A model generated the notes under the pieces. That model made no database searches. It saw nothing but the letters and a program-made list of their open reading frames with translations, and had not been told where the DNA came from. This document shows, piece by piece, positions 51,801 to 60,986 of a stretch of DNA of 64,000 bases (its first letter is position 1; every line of letters starts with the position of its first letter). A program made the translations under genes and the position numbers. Source of the DNA: a virus; IMG/VR virus record IMGVR_UViG_3300045988_041382, positions 9,104 through 73,103 of that record; one strand, written 5' to 3'.

Positions 51801-52075
51801 TTGCCTCCCAGCTCCGGCTTCTTTTTCGTCGCCTGCAACAGCATCCGCGCCTCCGTGTCGCTGATGTAAAGACCTCTATCACGCCACGCCACAATGCTGG
51901 CAAGGCGATCCTCCCGTGCCTTTTTTCTGCTCTTGTAAAACGCGCACTTTCCGCACTCCGCGCACACCAGCGTGTTCAGTCCCGCGCACTCGTTTTTCTC
52001 CGGCACATACAGGTCGCACGATACCTTGGGCTTGTACGGCGTTAAGCCGACCGTAATTCTTCCGCTCATGCTCAT
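51797..52075 (-). CDS. Hypothetical Cys-rich protein
   Basis: The start MSMSGRITVG overlaps the upstream stop. Confidence 0.5.
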   Translation of the reverse strand: MSMSGRITVGLTPYKPKVSCDLYVPEKNECAGLNTLVCAECGKCAFYKSRKKAREDRLASIVAWRDRGLYISDTEARMLLQATKKKPELGGK

Positions 52076-52281
52076 CGTTTCTCCTCTCTCCGCAGGTACA
52101 CGCTGCCCGCAACCAAAAACACCGTATCCGCTGCTACCACCACCATGCACAATACGCCCACAAGCGTTTTATATACGCCCGCCACCATCAACAGCACCAG
52201 CACTGCCGCCAGCAGCAGCGCCAACAGTATGTATACGACTGCCCAGTGCCGGTACTTCTTTTTATCCTCCATGCCGCTCAC
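52072..52281 (-). CDS. Small membrane protein
   Basis: 69 aa with two hydrophobic segments. Confidence 0.55.
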   Translation of the reverse strand: MSGMEDKKKYRHWAVVYILLALLLAAVLVLLMVAGVYKTLVGVLCMVVVAADTVFLVAGSVYLRREEKR

Positions 52282-52631
52282 CCTCTTTCTTTGCGCAGTA
52301 CCCGCAGTGTTCCGCGCATCAGCGTCGCATCCTCCGCGCCCGGTATACCCTCCATCGCTTTATACAGCGTCGGTTCCTCCTCTCGTGACACTTCTTTCCA
52401 CTCTATCAACCCCGCCTTATCCGCCGCACAGCCCACAAGCGTAAGGTTGTCCATTTTGATGCGCTCATTCTCTTGCCCACCGGCGAACTTCCAATAGCGG
52501 CACGTCAGTTCCTCTGTGGTGTAGCTTTTCGCCGCAGCCACAGGGCGGGGCTGCACCTCGTCCATGAGCACACCGCCCAGTTTATGTATCAGATTCCGCC
52601 GCAGTCTTTCAGTCCAGTTCAATTCAGCCAT
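52278..52631 (-). CDS. Hypothetical protein
   Basis: Start MAELNWTERL. Confidence 0.5.
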   Translation of the reverse strand: MAELNWTERLRRNLIHKLGGVLMDEVQPRPVAAAKSYTTEELTCRYWKFAGGQENERIKMDNLTLVGCAADKAGLIEWKEVSREEEPTLYKAMEGIPGAEDATLMRGTLRVLRKERG

Positions 52632-52776
52632 TCCTCTCCCCTCCGTCCTTTCTCTCGCCGTAGGAGCAGAAGTCGTCGTCCTTCGGCACCGCAAAAAAAC
52701 TGTCAGGGTTCAAACACTTTTTGCTCCCTCTGTTATACTTGCAGTCCTTGCAGCGCACCACCTCTACCGCATCCAC
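52624..52776 (-). CDS. Possible small Cys-rich protein with unclear start
   Basis: An open frame reads ...DAVEVVRCKDCKYNRGSKKCLNPDSFFAVPKDDDFCSYGERKDGGERNG, and its stop overlaps the next ATG. There is no in-frame ATG. The frame is open back to 52826 and only a GTG candidate start is available. Confidence 0.3.
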   Translation of the reverse strand: MDAVEVVRCKDCKYNRGSKKCLNPDSFFAVPKDDDFCSYGERKDGGERNG

Positions 52777-52864
52777 CGTCGGCGCATTGTCTATGTCCTC
52801 TGCATCTACATAGTCAAAACACCGTTCATTCCCCCAATATTCTTACCTCTCCAATTTGTCACCA

Positions 52865-53197
52865 TCAATCAGTCGCATCGTTGTCACCTCCGTCCATCTT
52901 CGCCCCGCAGTTGGGGCAGTATTTATAAATGCCGTCAATGGACTGGTCAAGAGACCACCACGCACAAAACGGACACCTAATCTGACCGAGTGTGTTAAAC
53001 GTTTGCGGGGTGTATTCCCACCTTCCATGCACCACCTGGGCAACATCAGCGGCAGGGATGGCATTTATGAGTTCCTTGATGTTCTTCATGCCAAACCCAT
53101 AATCAACTCCGCCGAAGTCATCTGTTTCGCACACATCCGCATCGGCATTGTCGAACTGTTCAAACACTGCCGTTCTTTCAACATACTCCGCCATCAC
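52865..53197 (-). CDS. Hypothetical protein with a C-terminal zinc ribbon
   Basis: 110 aa. CPFC...CPNCG. Confidence 0.55.
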   Translation of the reverse strand: MMAEYVERTAVFEQFDNADADVCETDDFGGVDYGFGMKNIKELINAIPAADVAQVVHGRWEYTPQTFNTLGQIRCPFCAWWSLDQSIDGIYKYCPNCGAKMDGGDNDATD

Positions 53198-53360
53198 AGT
53201 TCCTCCTTATCTCACGTTCCATGATGCCCAGCGGCGTGTGTTCTCGTATCCATGTGTACACCCACGCCCTACTCTCCGCCGTGCCCATCGGCTTCTTTTT
53301 CGGCGGCAGTTCGCCGTTCTTCGCAGCGGTGGCCGTGGGGTTATACTTATGCTCTCCCAT
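53178..53360 (-). CDS. Hypothetical 60-aa protein
   Basis: The start MGEHKYNP overlaps the upstream stop. Confidence 0.4.
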   Translation of the reverse strand: MGEHKYNPTATAAKNGELPPKKKPMGTAESRAWVYTWIREHTPLGIMEREIRRNCDGGVC

Positions 53361-53680
53361 CACTTCACCTCCTGCGTCCAGAACTCGCGGCGGCAGACGG
53401 CGCATTCCTTGGAAATGTCTGAGCATCTGCCCTTGTCTCCTCTGTGTGCCGTAGACACTATTGCAGGGCACACACGCAACACGCCGATGTCATCTACCCG
53501 AGCCTCCGGCCACTGCTTCAAAAAAACGCTCTGTCGTGTCTTGCGCGGGTGTGCAGCAACCCACGCTTTTACTTCTGCAACGACATCTTCTGCTTTCGTG
53601 TTATAATCGTTAATTCCTTTCTTGATACATCCAAGTGTATACATTCTTCTGCGTTCCTTTACAAACGTTACAGCGTCCAT
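53360..53680 (-). CDS. Hypothetical protein
   Basis: The start MDAVTFVKERRR overlaps the upstream stop. Confidence 0.5.
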   Translation of the reverse strand: MDAVTFVKERRRMYTLGCIKKGINDYNTKAEDVVAEVKAWVAAHPRKTRQSVFLKQWPEARVDDIGVLRVCPAIVSTAHRGDKGRCSDISKECAVCRREFWTQEVK

Positions 53681-54075
53681 CACATTTCCCTCCATTTGCA
53701 CCCGTCACAGGCACCCTCGTGTGCGTGTTTGTACTTCCCGCAGTATTGGCATAGCTCGTTGATAAGTGCCTTGCGGTCTGCCGCCAGTTTCTCGTTTGCG
53801 GCCATCAAGCTACTATTGGCACCATCCAACTGCGAAATGCTGTCGTAATGCTCCTTGAGTTCTTCCCGTGTTTTCAGCAGCTCGGAATTGCTCATTATCA
53901 GGCCGCCTTGCAGCTTTGCGATCTCCTCCGGTGTATATCCGGTGTCCTCGTACTGTTTCAGACGCTCCCACGCCTTCCGCTGGGAGCAATACCCATCTTC
54001 GCAGAAGCTGCCGCCCGGTGTCTCTGTACACTGTGCAATGTCACAAAATTTCCCCTCAAATGTCAGCCTGTCCAT
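53680..54075 (-). CDS. Hypothetical coiled-coil / Cys-rich protein
   Basis: 131-aa ORF. Confidence 0.5.
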   Translation of the reverse strand: MDRLTFEGKFCDIAQCTETPGGSFCEDGYCSQRKAWERLKQYEDTGYTPEEIAKLQGGLIMSNSELLKTREELKEHYDSISQLDGANSSLMAANEKLAADRKALINELCQYCGKYKHAHEGACDGCKWREM

Positions 54076-54349
54076 CGTTCTCCTCCTTCACCGCCACAGC
54101 CTTTGCCAGCTGTGCCATGCCCTGATTCATGTCCTCTATCTGCTTATCCCGCCGCGCAATAGCGTCCTTCAGGCTGTCGTTGGCTTTCATCAGTGCCTCG
54201 ATGTGCCGCTGCTGGTTCTGGATCAGGTCAGCGGCGTATCCCATCGCTTTTTCGATACATCTAAACTCGTGGATCAGCGGACACGCTCCTTCGCATTTCT
54301 TATGCTGCTCGCAGCACCGCAGCGCGGTCACGATCTCATCTCTTGTCAT
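54056..54349 (-). CDS. Hypothetical coiled-coil protein
   Basis: The start MTRDEIVTALRCC overlaps the HNH stop. Confidence 0.5.
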   Translation of the reverse strand: MTRDEIVTALRCCEQHKKCEGACPLIHEFRCIEKAMGYAADLIQNQQRHIEALMKANDSLKDAIARRDKQIEDMNQGMAQLAKAVAVKEENDGQADI

Positions 54350-54864
54350 GTTATTCCTCCCACATACTTCCAGTGATACCCGCCTGCCGTGCCATGTTTT
54401 GGTCTCCCTAAGCACGCAGAACCAATATTGGCTCTGTTTATGCCTGTTCGTCTTGCCGCTTCGTGCGTAGAGGCAAACACCTCGCCGGTTTCAACACACA
54501 AGACTTTTTTGCTAAACGCAGGGTGGTTAATTTGGCTTTCTCCAATTCTCCGCCCTCGTGTTCCGTACCTGTTGTTGTAGGCAACATCGCACCACTCCAG
54601 GTTTTCTGCTGCGTTGTTCAGTTTGTCCTCGTCTTTATGATTGACTGACGGCAAATTGTTCTCGTTCGGCAAGAACGCCGTTGCCACAAGCCTATGCGTC
54701 TTGATCGTTTTTCGTTTTCCATTTACGCAAAGAACGTAATATCCATACCCGTCTTTGTCTGTGTTGGGTCGCAGCACTTTGCGCGACCTTTCGCTCCAAA
54801 GCGTTCCGCAACTGCCTATCTTGTATTGTCCTTCGTACCCAACTACATCCCTGAAAACTTCCAC
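54346..54864 (-). CDS. HNH homing endonuclease (NUMOD4 - HNH - C-terminal HTH/NUMOD1-like)
   Basis: N-terminal EVFRDVVGYEGQYKIGSCGTLWS is NUMOD4-like. HRLVATAFLPN...VNHKDEDKLNNAAENLEW is the HNH_3 type. C-terminal FASTHEAARRTGINRANI. Confidence 0.8.
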   Translation of the reverse strand: MEVFRDVVGYEGQYKIGSCGTLWSERSRKVLRPNTDKDGYGYYVLCVNGKRKTIKTHRLVATAFLPNENNLPSVNHKDEDKLNNAAENLEWCDVAYNNRYGTRGRRIGESQINHPAFSKKVLCVETGEVFASTHEAARRTGINRANIGSACLGRPKHGTAGGYHWKYVGGIT

Positions 54865-56796
54865 CAATCTCCCTCCTTCCCCGCTTCTTCATCGCCGAAA
54901 TGCTTTTTGGTCACGGCAATAGGGAATTGCTCAATTTCAGAACTCCACCGGCAGTGCTCTGCTCCGTGTATTCTCGCCCAGCAGACATTAAACCCCGAAA
55001 TGCCATCAAATAAGCTCCCCAGCGTCGCCCCCTCCGGCAGATACCGCGCCATGCGCCGCAGCATCCAGTCCCAGAAGGGCAGGGCGATGGAGTTGCCCAT
55101 CGCCTTGTACCGTGGGCTGTCCGCGTCCTTGTGCTTCTTTCCCTTTTCGTCTATCCACTCTCCGATGTCGGTCCAGTGGTCCGGGAAACCTTGCAGCCGT
55201 TCGCATTCCATCGGCGTCAACCGGCGCACCACCATGTTCTGCACCGGGTATGTCTCCGCGTCCTCCCGATAAGCGCAGTTCGCCTTTGCCCGCAGCGCGT
55301 GTGCCACATCCGGTGTTGCCCCGCACACCAGCATATCGTTGTATGCGTCCTGCCCGTTGTAGCTCCCGGCATGAGCGCCTGGGGAAAGCGTACCCGTCAC
55401 ATCTTGGTATGTAAGCGGCACTTGATTGCCGCCTGTCCCCATTCGAGCCTGCAACGCCGGGACCTGCTCTCCGTACTCGCGGATGACATCACAGGCGTGT
55501 GTCATGTCCAGCGCCACCGCCGGGGCAACTATTGCAATACCGCCTTGGTTTTTACTGGGCGTTGGGTCTGTGGTATCCAGTGTCTTAGCCACATCCACCT
55601 CCCTGCATCCACTGTGTGGGTTTTTGCTTTTCATGCTGTTGCTGGACAAACTGTCAAAGCTATATGCCACCGCTGGTGTCACCACTGCTGGGGTTCTGTT
55701 CGTCCCGCTGGGCGCCGCCGCCAGCGTGGGCGACACTTCCTCACTGTACCCGATGCCGCCCGCCTGTGCGCCCTGTCCGGCCTTAAACCCGGCACATAGC
55801 ACGGCTTCGCGGTTCAGACCACTGTTTTCACGGGAACTGAGCGTAGGTGAAACGCCGTTACCATCGTATACTCGCTGGCTCTGTGCGTCCCAAGGTGTCA
55901 TGCACACAACCTCCGCGCACACCGCAGGACGATCTATGGTATTCAACGTATAGCACGCATCTTCCCGCCAGCCCTTCCCGTTGCATCCGGCGGTATCGGC
56001 GCGGTCAATGCCGTTGCCTTGCAGACAGAAAATCGTCTGGTCGTTGCCGGTTCCAAGCGTTCCGCTTTTCTCCGTCTGCACTAACGCGCCTTTTCCTCCT
56101 CCGTCACAGCCCCCCTGATGCGGACTGCATACGATGTTGGGGTCTCTGTCGGCGCAGGGGCTTCCGTCCGCTCTTGCGGTGAGACTCCTTGCGACTGCCG
56201 GATTAAAACCGCTTTCAGCAGCTTCGGCAAGTCCTTCCCCCGCCGCTCCGCTCTCCGCAATATCCCCTGACACGCTTTTGCGGTCAAATTGTATTTCGGA
56301 TGCGGTGTCTCCTCCAAAATCTGCGACAACCGAGATGCGACGACGGCGTTGGGGCACTCCCCAGTGTTGCGCGTCGTGAGTTCGCCACACCACGCTCCAT
56401 CGTCCTCCCACCTCATCGTGGTACCCCCCCCAGGTAGGCCAGCCCTTTTCAGGCACTTCAATACTGGGGGCTTCCGGCTCGACGATTTTGATGATCTCTT
56501 CGAGCACGGCTGCGAAGTCTTTTCCTTTGTTGCTGCTAAAGGCTCCGACCACGTTTTCCCACACGAGATACCGAGGTCTGACCATGTCACCTGTCCGTCC
56601 ATTCCTTTTGTCCGTCTCCCTCATTTCTTTTACGATACGTACCTGCTCCATAAACAGGCCGCTTCGCGCTCCCGCCAAACCGGCGCGTTTCCCGGCGATG
56701 GATAGATCCTGTCTAACAAGGTGAACCACCTGTAATACACCAAACGGGTTCAATCTCTGCCCCATTTATTTTCGTAATATCGCCTAAATGTTTCAC
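54843..56796 (-). CDS. Multi-TRD DNA (cytosine-5) methyltransferase, circularly permuted. The first 27 codons (including the catalytic Pro-Cys) are in a different frame from the 640-aa body.
   Basis: A GTG at 56796 follows RBS AGGAGGTGA and gives VKHLGDITKINGAEIEPVWCITGGSPC, ending at TAG (56715-56713). The body is in the +1 frame: QDLSIAGKRAGL (rest of motif IV), ENV, QRRRR, a long TRD with several T-L motifs, RLQGFPD, GNSI. Motif I (LFDGISGF) and motif II (SEIE) then come at the C-terminus. Confidence 0.75.
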
Positions 56797-56808
56797 CTAA
56801 ATCACCTC

Positions 56809-57084
56809 CTAATCTCCAAACACAACGCCGCACTCGTCCTTCAGCACGTCCTTGATGTGCTTCCGCTTGATGCGGCCCTCGTTTATTTCCTCCGCCAGCT
56901 TCTCCAGGCACTCGTACAGATACGCGATGCTGTGGGTGTCCCGGCTGTCCGATGTCTCCTCTTGGACGTGCCAGCCGCACTTGTCCATCAGCACCATTGC
57001 CACCATGTCCATGTTCTCCCGTGTGCCTTGCAGCTTGCCCCGCATAAAGATGCGGTCGTCCCTGCTCAAATGCTGTTTACCCAT
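56809..57084 (-). CDS. Hypothetical protein
   Basis: The start MGKQHLSRDD follows GGAGG and overlaps the upstream stop. Confidence 0.5.
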   Translation of the reverse strand: MGKQHLSRDDRIFMRGKLQGTRENMDMVAMVLMDKCGWHVQEETSDSRDTHSIAYLYECLEKLAEEINEGRIKRKHIKDVLKDECGVVFGD

Positions 57085-57277
57085 TCCCGTCATCCTCCGA
57101 AATGTGCACCACCTCATAGCACCCGAACCGTCCGCCGTTTCGATACGCCTTGCATATCGCGCTTCGTGTGCTGGCGTAGGACCGCCCGGAACGCCGCGCC
57201 AGCTCCGCTGTACTCGTGCCCCACCAGCGGGGCAGGCGATATTTGTCCCGCGACACGATCATATACACCGTCGTCAT
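57077..57277 (-). CDS. Hypothetical 66-aa protein
   Basis: ORF within the operon. Confidence 0.5.
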   Translation of the reverse strand: MTTVYMIVSRDKYRLPRWWGTSTAELARRSGRSYASTRSAICKAYRNGGRFGCYEVVHISEDDGNG

Positions 57278-57283
57278 AGAGCC

Positions 57284-57601
57284 TTACACCTCCCCGCACC
57301 GGCGCAGGCGCAGGCTGTCTGCCAGCTCCCGAGCTGACTGCTTCCGCTTGCGCTTCCGGTCCCGCGCCTGCTCCCAGCAGTTGCGGCACTCCGGGTACGG
57401 GCAGTTCATGCACTGATCTATGCGCTCCTGCGGCTCATGCTGGCTGTCCTCCACCGCGCCGCTCAAAAATCGTCCTGTCTCTCCGCAATGTTCCTGCCGC
57501 CGGCTCTCCGCCGCGGCATCCACCGTCAGCCACGGGGCCTTGGCGCTGCCCAGGCTCCGCATGAATGCGCCGACGCTCATCGTTCCCTGCATTGCGTACA
57601 T
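57284..57601 (-). CDS. Hypothetical Cys-rich protein
   Basis: 105 aa. CMNCPYPECRNC. Confidence 0.5.
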   Translation of the reverse strand: MYAMQGTMSVGAFMRSLGSAKAPWLTVDAAAESRRQEHCGETGRFLSGAVEDSQHEPQERIDQCMNCPYPECRNCWEQARDRKRKRKQSARELADSLRLRRCGEV

Positions 57602-57607
57602 GATGTT

Positions 57608-58099
57608 CTAAACCTCCCTCACCGTGATGCCGTGGAAATACAGCATCATCTTCCTTTTCATCACAAATAGTCTGTATGTGGCGCTGCTGGTGTCGCGGAA
57701 GCCCTTGCTGTCCTCCACCACCGTCTCGCCGCCCTGCTCGTATACGAAGTCGGCCACGTACTCTATGCCTTTCTCCTTCGTGCCGTCCTTGTGTACCTGC
57801 CTCGGTATCAATTCGTACTTTACCTGCGTCCGCAGACCGGATATTTCACCGGCTCTCTGCATCAGCCAAAGATCCATGTATCGCCGCGCCTCCCGCTTGC
57901 TGACGAAGTGCATCAGCGTCCCGTCCGGCATGGTCAAGTCCACTTTCTCGGCGTGGAGTTTGTTGCCCTTTTTCGGCTTTGCGGCCTTTTCCGTCTCCTG
58001 TGCTGCTTTCTGTGCCGCCTGCTGCGCCTGTACTTTTTGCAATATCTGCGCCTGAGCCTTCTGGCTGAAGCGGCCTATGTCCTCCATTGTCAATCCCAT
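57608..58099 (-). CDS. DUF1064-like (endonuclease-fold) phage protein
   Basis: The C-terminal ...GIEYVADFVYEQGGETVVEDSKGFRDTSSATYRLFVMKRKMM is typical of the family. Confidence 0.6.
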   Translation of the reverse strand: MGLTMEDIGRFSQKAQAQILQKVQAQQAAQKAAQETEKAAKPKKGNKLHAEKVDLTMPDGTLMHFVSKREARRYMDLWLMQRAGEISGLRTQVKYELIPRQVHKDGTKEKGIEYVADFVYEQGGETVVEDSKGFRDTSSATYRLFVMKRKMMLYFHGITVREV

Positions 58100-58103
58100 C
58101 GGT

Positions 58104-59486
58104 TCAGTCCCCCTCCACCGTGCCCATTTCCAGGCGCCGCCTCCGTGGCCGCCGGTGGAACTTGTCCCTCGGTTCTTCGTTTTCTGTACGGCTACTCAGC
58201 TCCGTGAAAGTCATCTTCGACCCGTCGAAGTAGAAGTTCACGTCCCCGGTGCGTCCTCTCCGGTTCTTTGCCACCGTGCAGCCCACCTGCGTGTCGTCCG
58301 CCGGGTCGGTTTTCCATAGGAAGATCACCTTCACCGCGTTCTGCTCCAGCTCGCCGCTGTCGCGCAGGGAGCTCAGCTTCGGCTTGTCCGTTTCGTTCAC
58401 CGTGCGGCTCAGCTGCGCCGCCGCCACAATGGGTATCTCCAGCTCCGATGCCAGCAGCTTCAGCTCACGGCTTATGCCGCCCAGCTCCAGGTTACGGTTC
58501 TCGGCTTTCTTGTCTTTTTCGCCGATCATCAACCCCAGATAGTCCACCACGATCATTTTCAGGTCATCTATGCCCAGCGCCAGCTCTCGTATGCGGCTCA
58601 CCGTCACGTCCGGTCCGTCGTAGAAGTACACCGGCAGTTTTGCCTCCATGCTGGCGGTGTAGGCGATATTCATCCACAGATCCTCGTCCGTCTCCGGAAC
58701 GCCATCTATAAGCTGGTCCATCGTCACGCCCTCGGTCCGCTTGGCCAGTAGACGTTCGCCCACTTCCCCGGCCAGCATCTCCGCCGTGATGTGCAGCACC
58801 GTCTTGCCGCCCCGCGCCGCATATTCTGTCATCTCCATGCATAAGGCGCTTTTGCCGCATCCGGGCCGCGCACCAACCAGAATGAGTTGCCCCGGCCACA
58901 GGCCCTTCAGCGTGGCATCCAGCAGAGGGAAGCCAGTGTCTATGCGTCCCTCCTTTTTGCCTGCCACGCTGTTCATGGCCTCGCTCATGGCATCCGCCAT
59001 CGTTTTCAGCCGTCCGCCTCGCCGTGAGCGCATCTTCTGGTGGCATATCGCCGCCACCGCCGCTTGTGGGTCGTCCTCGCCGGTCAGTGCGTCCATCACC
59101 GCCTGGGTAAACCGCCGCTTCTCCGCCTTCTTCCGCACGATCTGCGCGTACTCCATAGCGTTGGCGCTGGTGGGGGTGATCTCCATGCACTGCAGCAGGT
59201 AGTTGCGCGTTTCGCTGCTGTACAGTCCCTCCCGCTCCAATTCGCTGGCCACGGTCAATCCATCTATGGGCTTCGCCGCCACATACATCCGCCGCACGGT
59301 CTCGAAGATGTCCTGGTTGGTCTGTATAAAGAAATCCTCGCCCTCCAGGCATTTCATCAGGTCTTTCACGCAGGAGGCGTCTATCAGCATCGAACCGATC
59401 ACCGCCCGCTCCGCATCTGCGGAGTAGTCCTGCTGCCACAGCGCCGGTTCCGGGGCAGCGTCCTTACTGATCACGCCTATTTCCAT
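58104..59486 (-). CDS. dnaB: Replicative DNA helicase (DnaB family)
   Basis: N-terminal ...ERAVIGSMLID...; Walker A GARPGCGKSALCMEM; 460 aa. Confidence 0.95.
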   Translation of the reverse strand: MEIGVISKDAAPEPALWQQDYSADAERAVIGSMLIDASCVKDLMKCLEGEDFFIQTNQDIFETVRRMYVAAKPIDGLTVASELEREGLYSSETRNYLLQCMEITPTSANAMEYAQIVRKKAEKRRFTQAVMDALTGEDDPQAAVAAICHQKMRSRRGGRLKTMADAMSEAMNSVAGKKEGRIDTGFPLLDATLKGLWPGQLILVGARPGCGKSALCMEMTEYAARGGKTVLHITAEMLAGEVGERLLAKRTEGVTMDQLIDGVPETDEDLWMNIAYTASMEAKLPVYFYDGPDVTVSRIRELALGIDDLKMIVVDYLGLMIGEKDKKAENRNLELGGISRELKLLASELEIPIVAAAQLSRTVNETDKPKLSSLRDSGELEQNAVKVIFLWKTDPADDTQVGCTVAKNRRGRTGDVNFYFDGSKMTFTELSSRTENEEPRDKFHRRPRRRRLEMGTVEGD

Positions 59487-59493
59487 GTGTTCT

Positions 59494-60594
59494 TCACTCC
59501 TTCACCGCGCCCTGCTCCTTCACCATGTCGGCAAATATCTCGTTGAAATACCGCTTCAGGTCGTAGGTGCTCTGCACTTTCTTTCCCCACCACTGGCTGT
59601 TCAGTGCAAAGTACAGCACGTTGTCTATCGTGTCCCACGCCACACCGTTTTGCTCGTGCAGCTCGTTCAGCGCCACGGCCTGCTTCTGCATTTCCGCCTC
59701 CGTGGGCTGCGCCCTGCCTGGATTGTCCCGGGCCTTCTCCTGCGCCAGGTACTGCGCGATCTGATAGGCTTCGCTGGCGTGGTCAACGGCGGGACTATCG
59801 TTTTCAGGGACGAACTCCTGCGTATAGTTGCCCTCCAAAGTTTTCTGGAAGTTGTCAGGGCTCGTGATGAGCCAGTCGAAGCTGGCCACGAAGCCGCGCT
59901 TATTCTTCCCCTTCAGGAATGGGCTGTTCTTCACGTTCTCAATGGCTTTCAGCACACCGTCCACGCCGTTTTCCCGGATGCGGGCTTTCAGCGCCCGTCC
60001 CCGCTTGGTTTCCGCCGTTACCTTCATCACCTGTGTCAATCCGGTGTCGTTCCACGCTGCCACGATGCGTCGGACATCACTTGTCCGACACACAGGCTCT
60101 TTAGAGCCTGTAGATATATCTTCTTCTAACCTATCCTCACCTACACTATCCTTACCTAACCTATCCTGTGGCAGACAGTCGGCAACCACATGGCAACCAT
60201 CCGGCAACCACTTGGGTACCACGTTGTACCCGCTTTTCTCCGCCACGTTGTCATCCACCGTATACGCGCCGTTCGCTTCAAGCGTAAGCAGCGATAATTC
60301 CTCCTTGAAACGGGTCTGCGTGTACCTGTCTTTTCGCAGTGCGTTCGCCATACGCCAGTGTTTGATGACGATCACGCCATTCTCGAACTGGTAGATATAA
60401 CGGCATTTCAGCAGGGTTTCGAGATCCGATACGCTGGCGTGCGCCTTAAACATGGAGGCGGAGACTTGGTTGCAAAAACCGTCATCGTCTGCGGCCATCG
60501 AGAGGTGAAGGTAAAGAGCTTGCGCGGAGGATGACATTTCCATGAAATGGTCATCATCCGTGACGCTCTTGGTAAACATCCTCCGTGTCGCCAT
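59494..60594 (-). CDS. Phage replisome organiser / DnaD-like replication protein
   Basis: MATRRMFTKSVTDDDHFMEMSSSAQALYLHLSMAADDDGF is the typical N-terminal signature of phage replisome organisers. It sits upstream of dnaB. Confidence 0.75.
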   Translation of the reverse strand: MATRRMFTKSVTDDDHFMEMSSSAQALYLHLSMAADDDGFCNQVSASMFKAHASVSDLETLLKCRYIYQFENGVIVIKHWRMANALRKDRYTQTRFKEELSLLTLEANGAYTVDDNVAEKSGYNVVPKWLPDGCHVVADCLPQDRLGKDSVGEDRLEEDISTGSKEPVCRTSDVRRIVAAWNDTGLTQVMKVTAETKRGRALKARIRENGVDGVLKAIENVKNSPFLKGKNKRGFVASFDWLITSPDNFQKTLEGNYTQEFVPENDSPAVDHASEAYQIAQYLAQEKARDNPGRAQPTEAEMQKQAVALNELHEQNGVAWDTIDNVLYFALNSQWWGKKVQSTYDLKRYFNEIFADMVKEQGAVKE

Positions 60595-60971
60595 CAGTCC
60601 CTCTCCCCCCAGACTTTCAAAAATTCTGTGATGTCCGCAGACTTTCCACCATTGTCCTCGTCCTTGCCGCAACCGCAAAGTCCACGCAGAACGCAGCATT
60701 TACAGTTGTCCTCATATTGGTCGCTGATGCACTGGCGAATCAGCATTTCCTTTACCTCATGGTCACAACACACAATATCAAAAATGCTGGGCTGTTCGGC
60801 GCGTTGCTGCTGCGAGCAGTCCGCTTCCCCAATCTCGCAGAGTTTAACGATGCCTTTGTTGCCCCCGAACGCGCTGTACAGGGGGCACACTTTACAGGTA
60901 TCGCCCTTTATGCGATCACCGCAAACCTCCAGCATCGCGGCAAATTCTTCCTTCGTGCAGATAATTTTCAT
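60594..60971 (-). CDS. Cys-rich hypothetical protein
   Basis: 125 aa with many Cys residues (…CKVCP…CCDHE…CKCCVLRGLCGCG). Confidence 0.5.
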   Translation of the reverse strand: MKIICTKEEFAAMLEVCGDRIKGDTCKVCPLYSAFGGNKGIVKLCEIGEADCSQQQRAEQPSIFDIVCCDHEVKEMLIRQCISDQYEDNCKCCVLRGLCGCGKDEDNGGKSADITEFLKVWGERD

Positions 60972-60986
60972 GTCCTCTTACCTCCC

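Noticed and set aside
56709-56811. Genome-wide TAG reassignment (amber to an amino acid), suggested by three TAGs within about 100 nt at the methyltransferase 5-prime end.
   Set aside because: Large late genes (tape measure 1299 aa, portal, terminase, capsid) are intact under the standard code. Reading TAG as sense would still not restore the methyltransferase frame, because a 1-nt shift is also needed. No CUA-anticodon tRNA was found.
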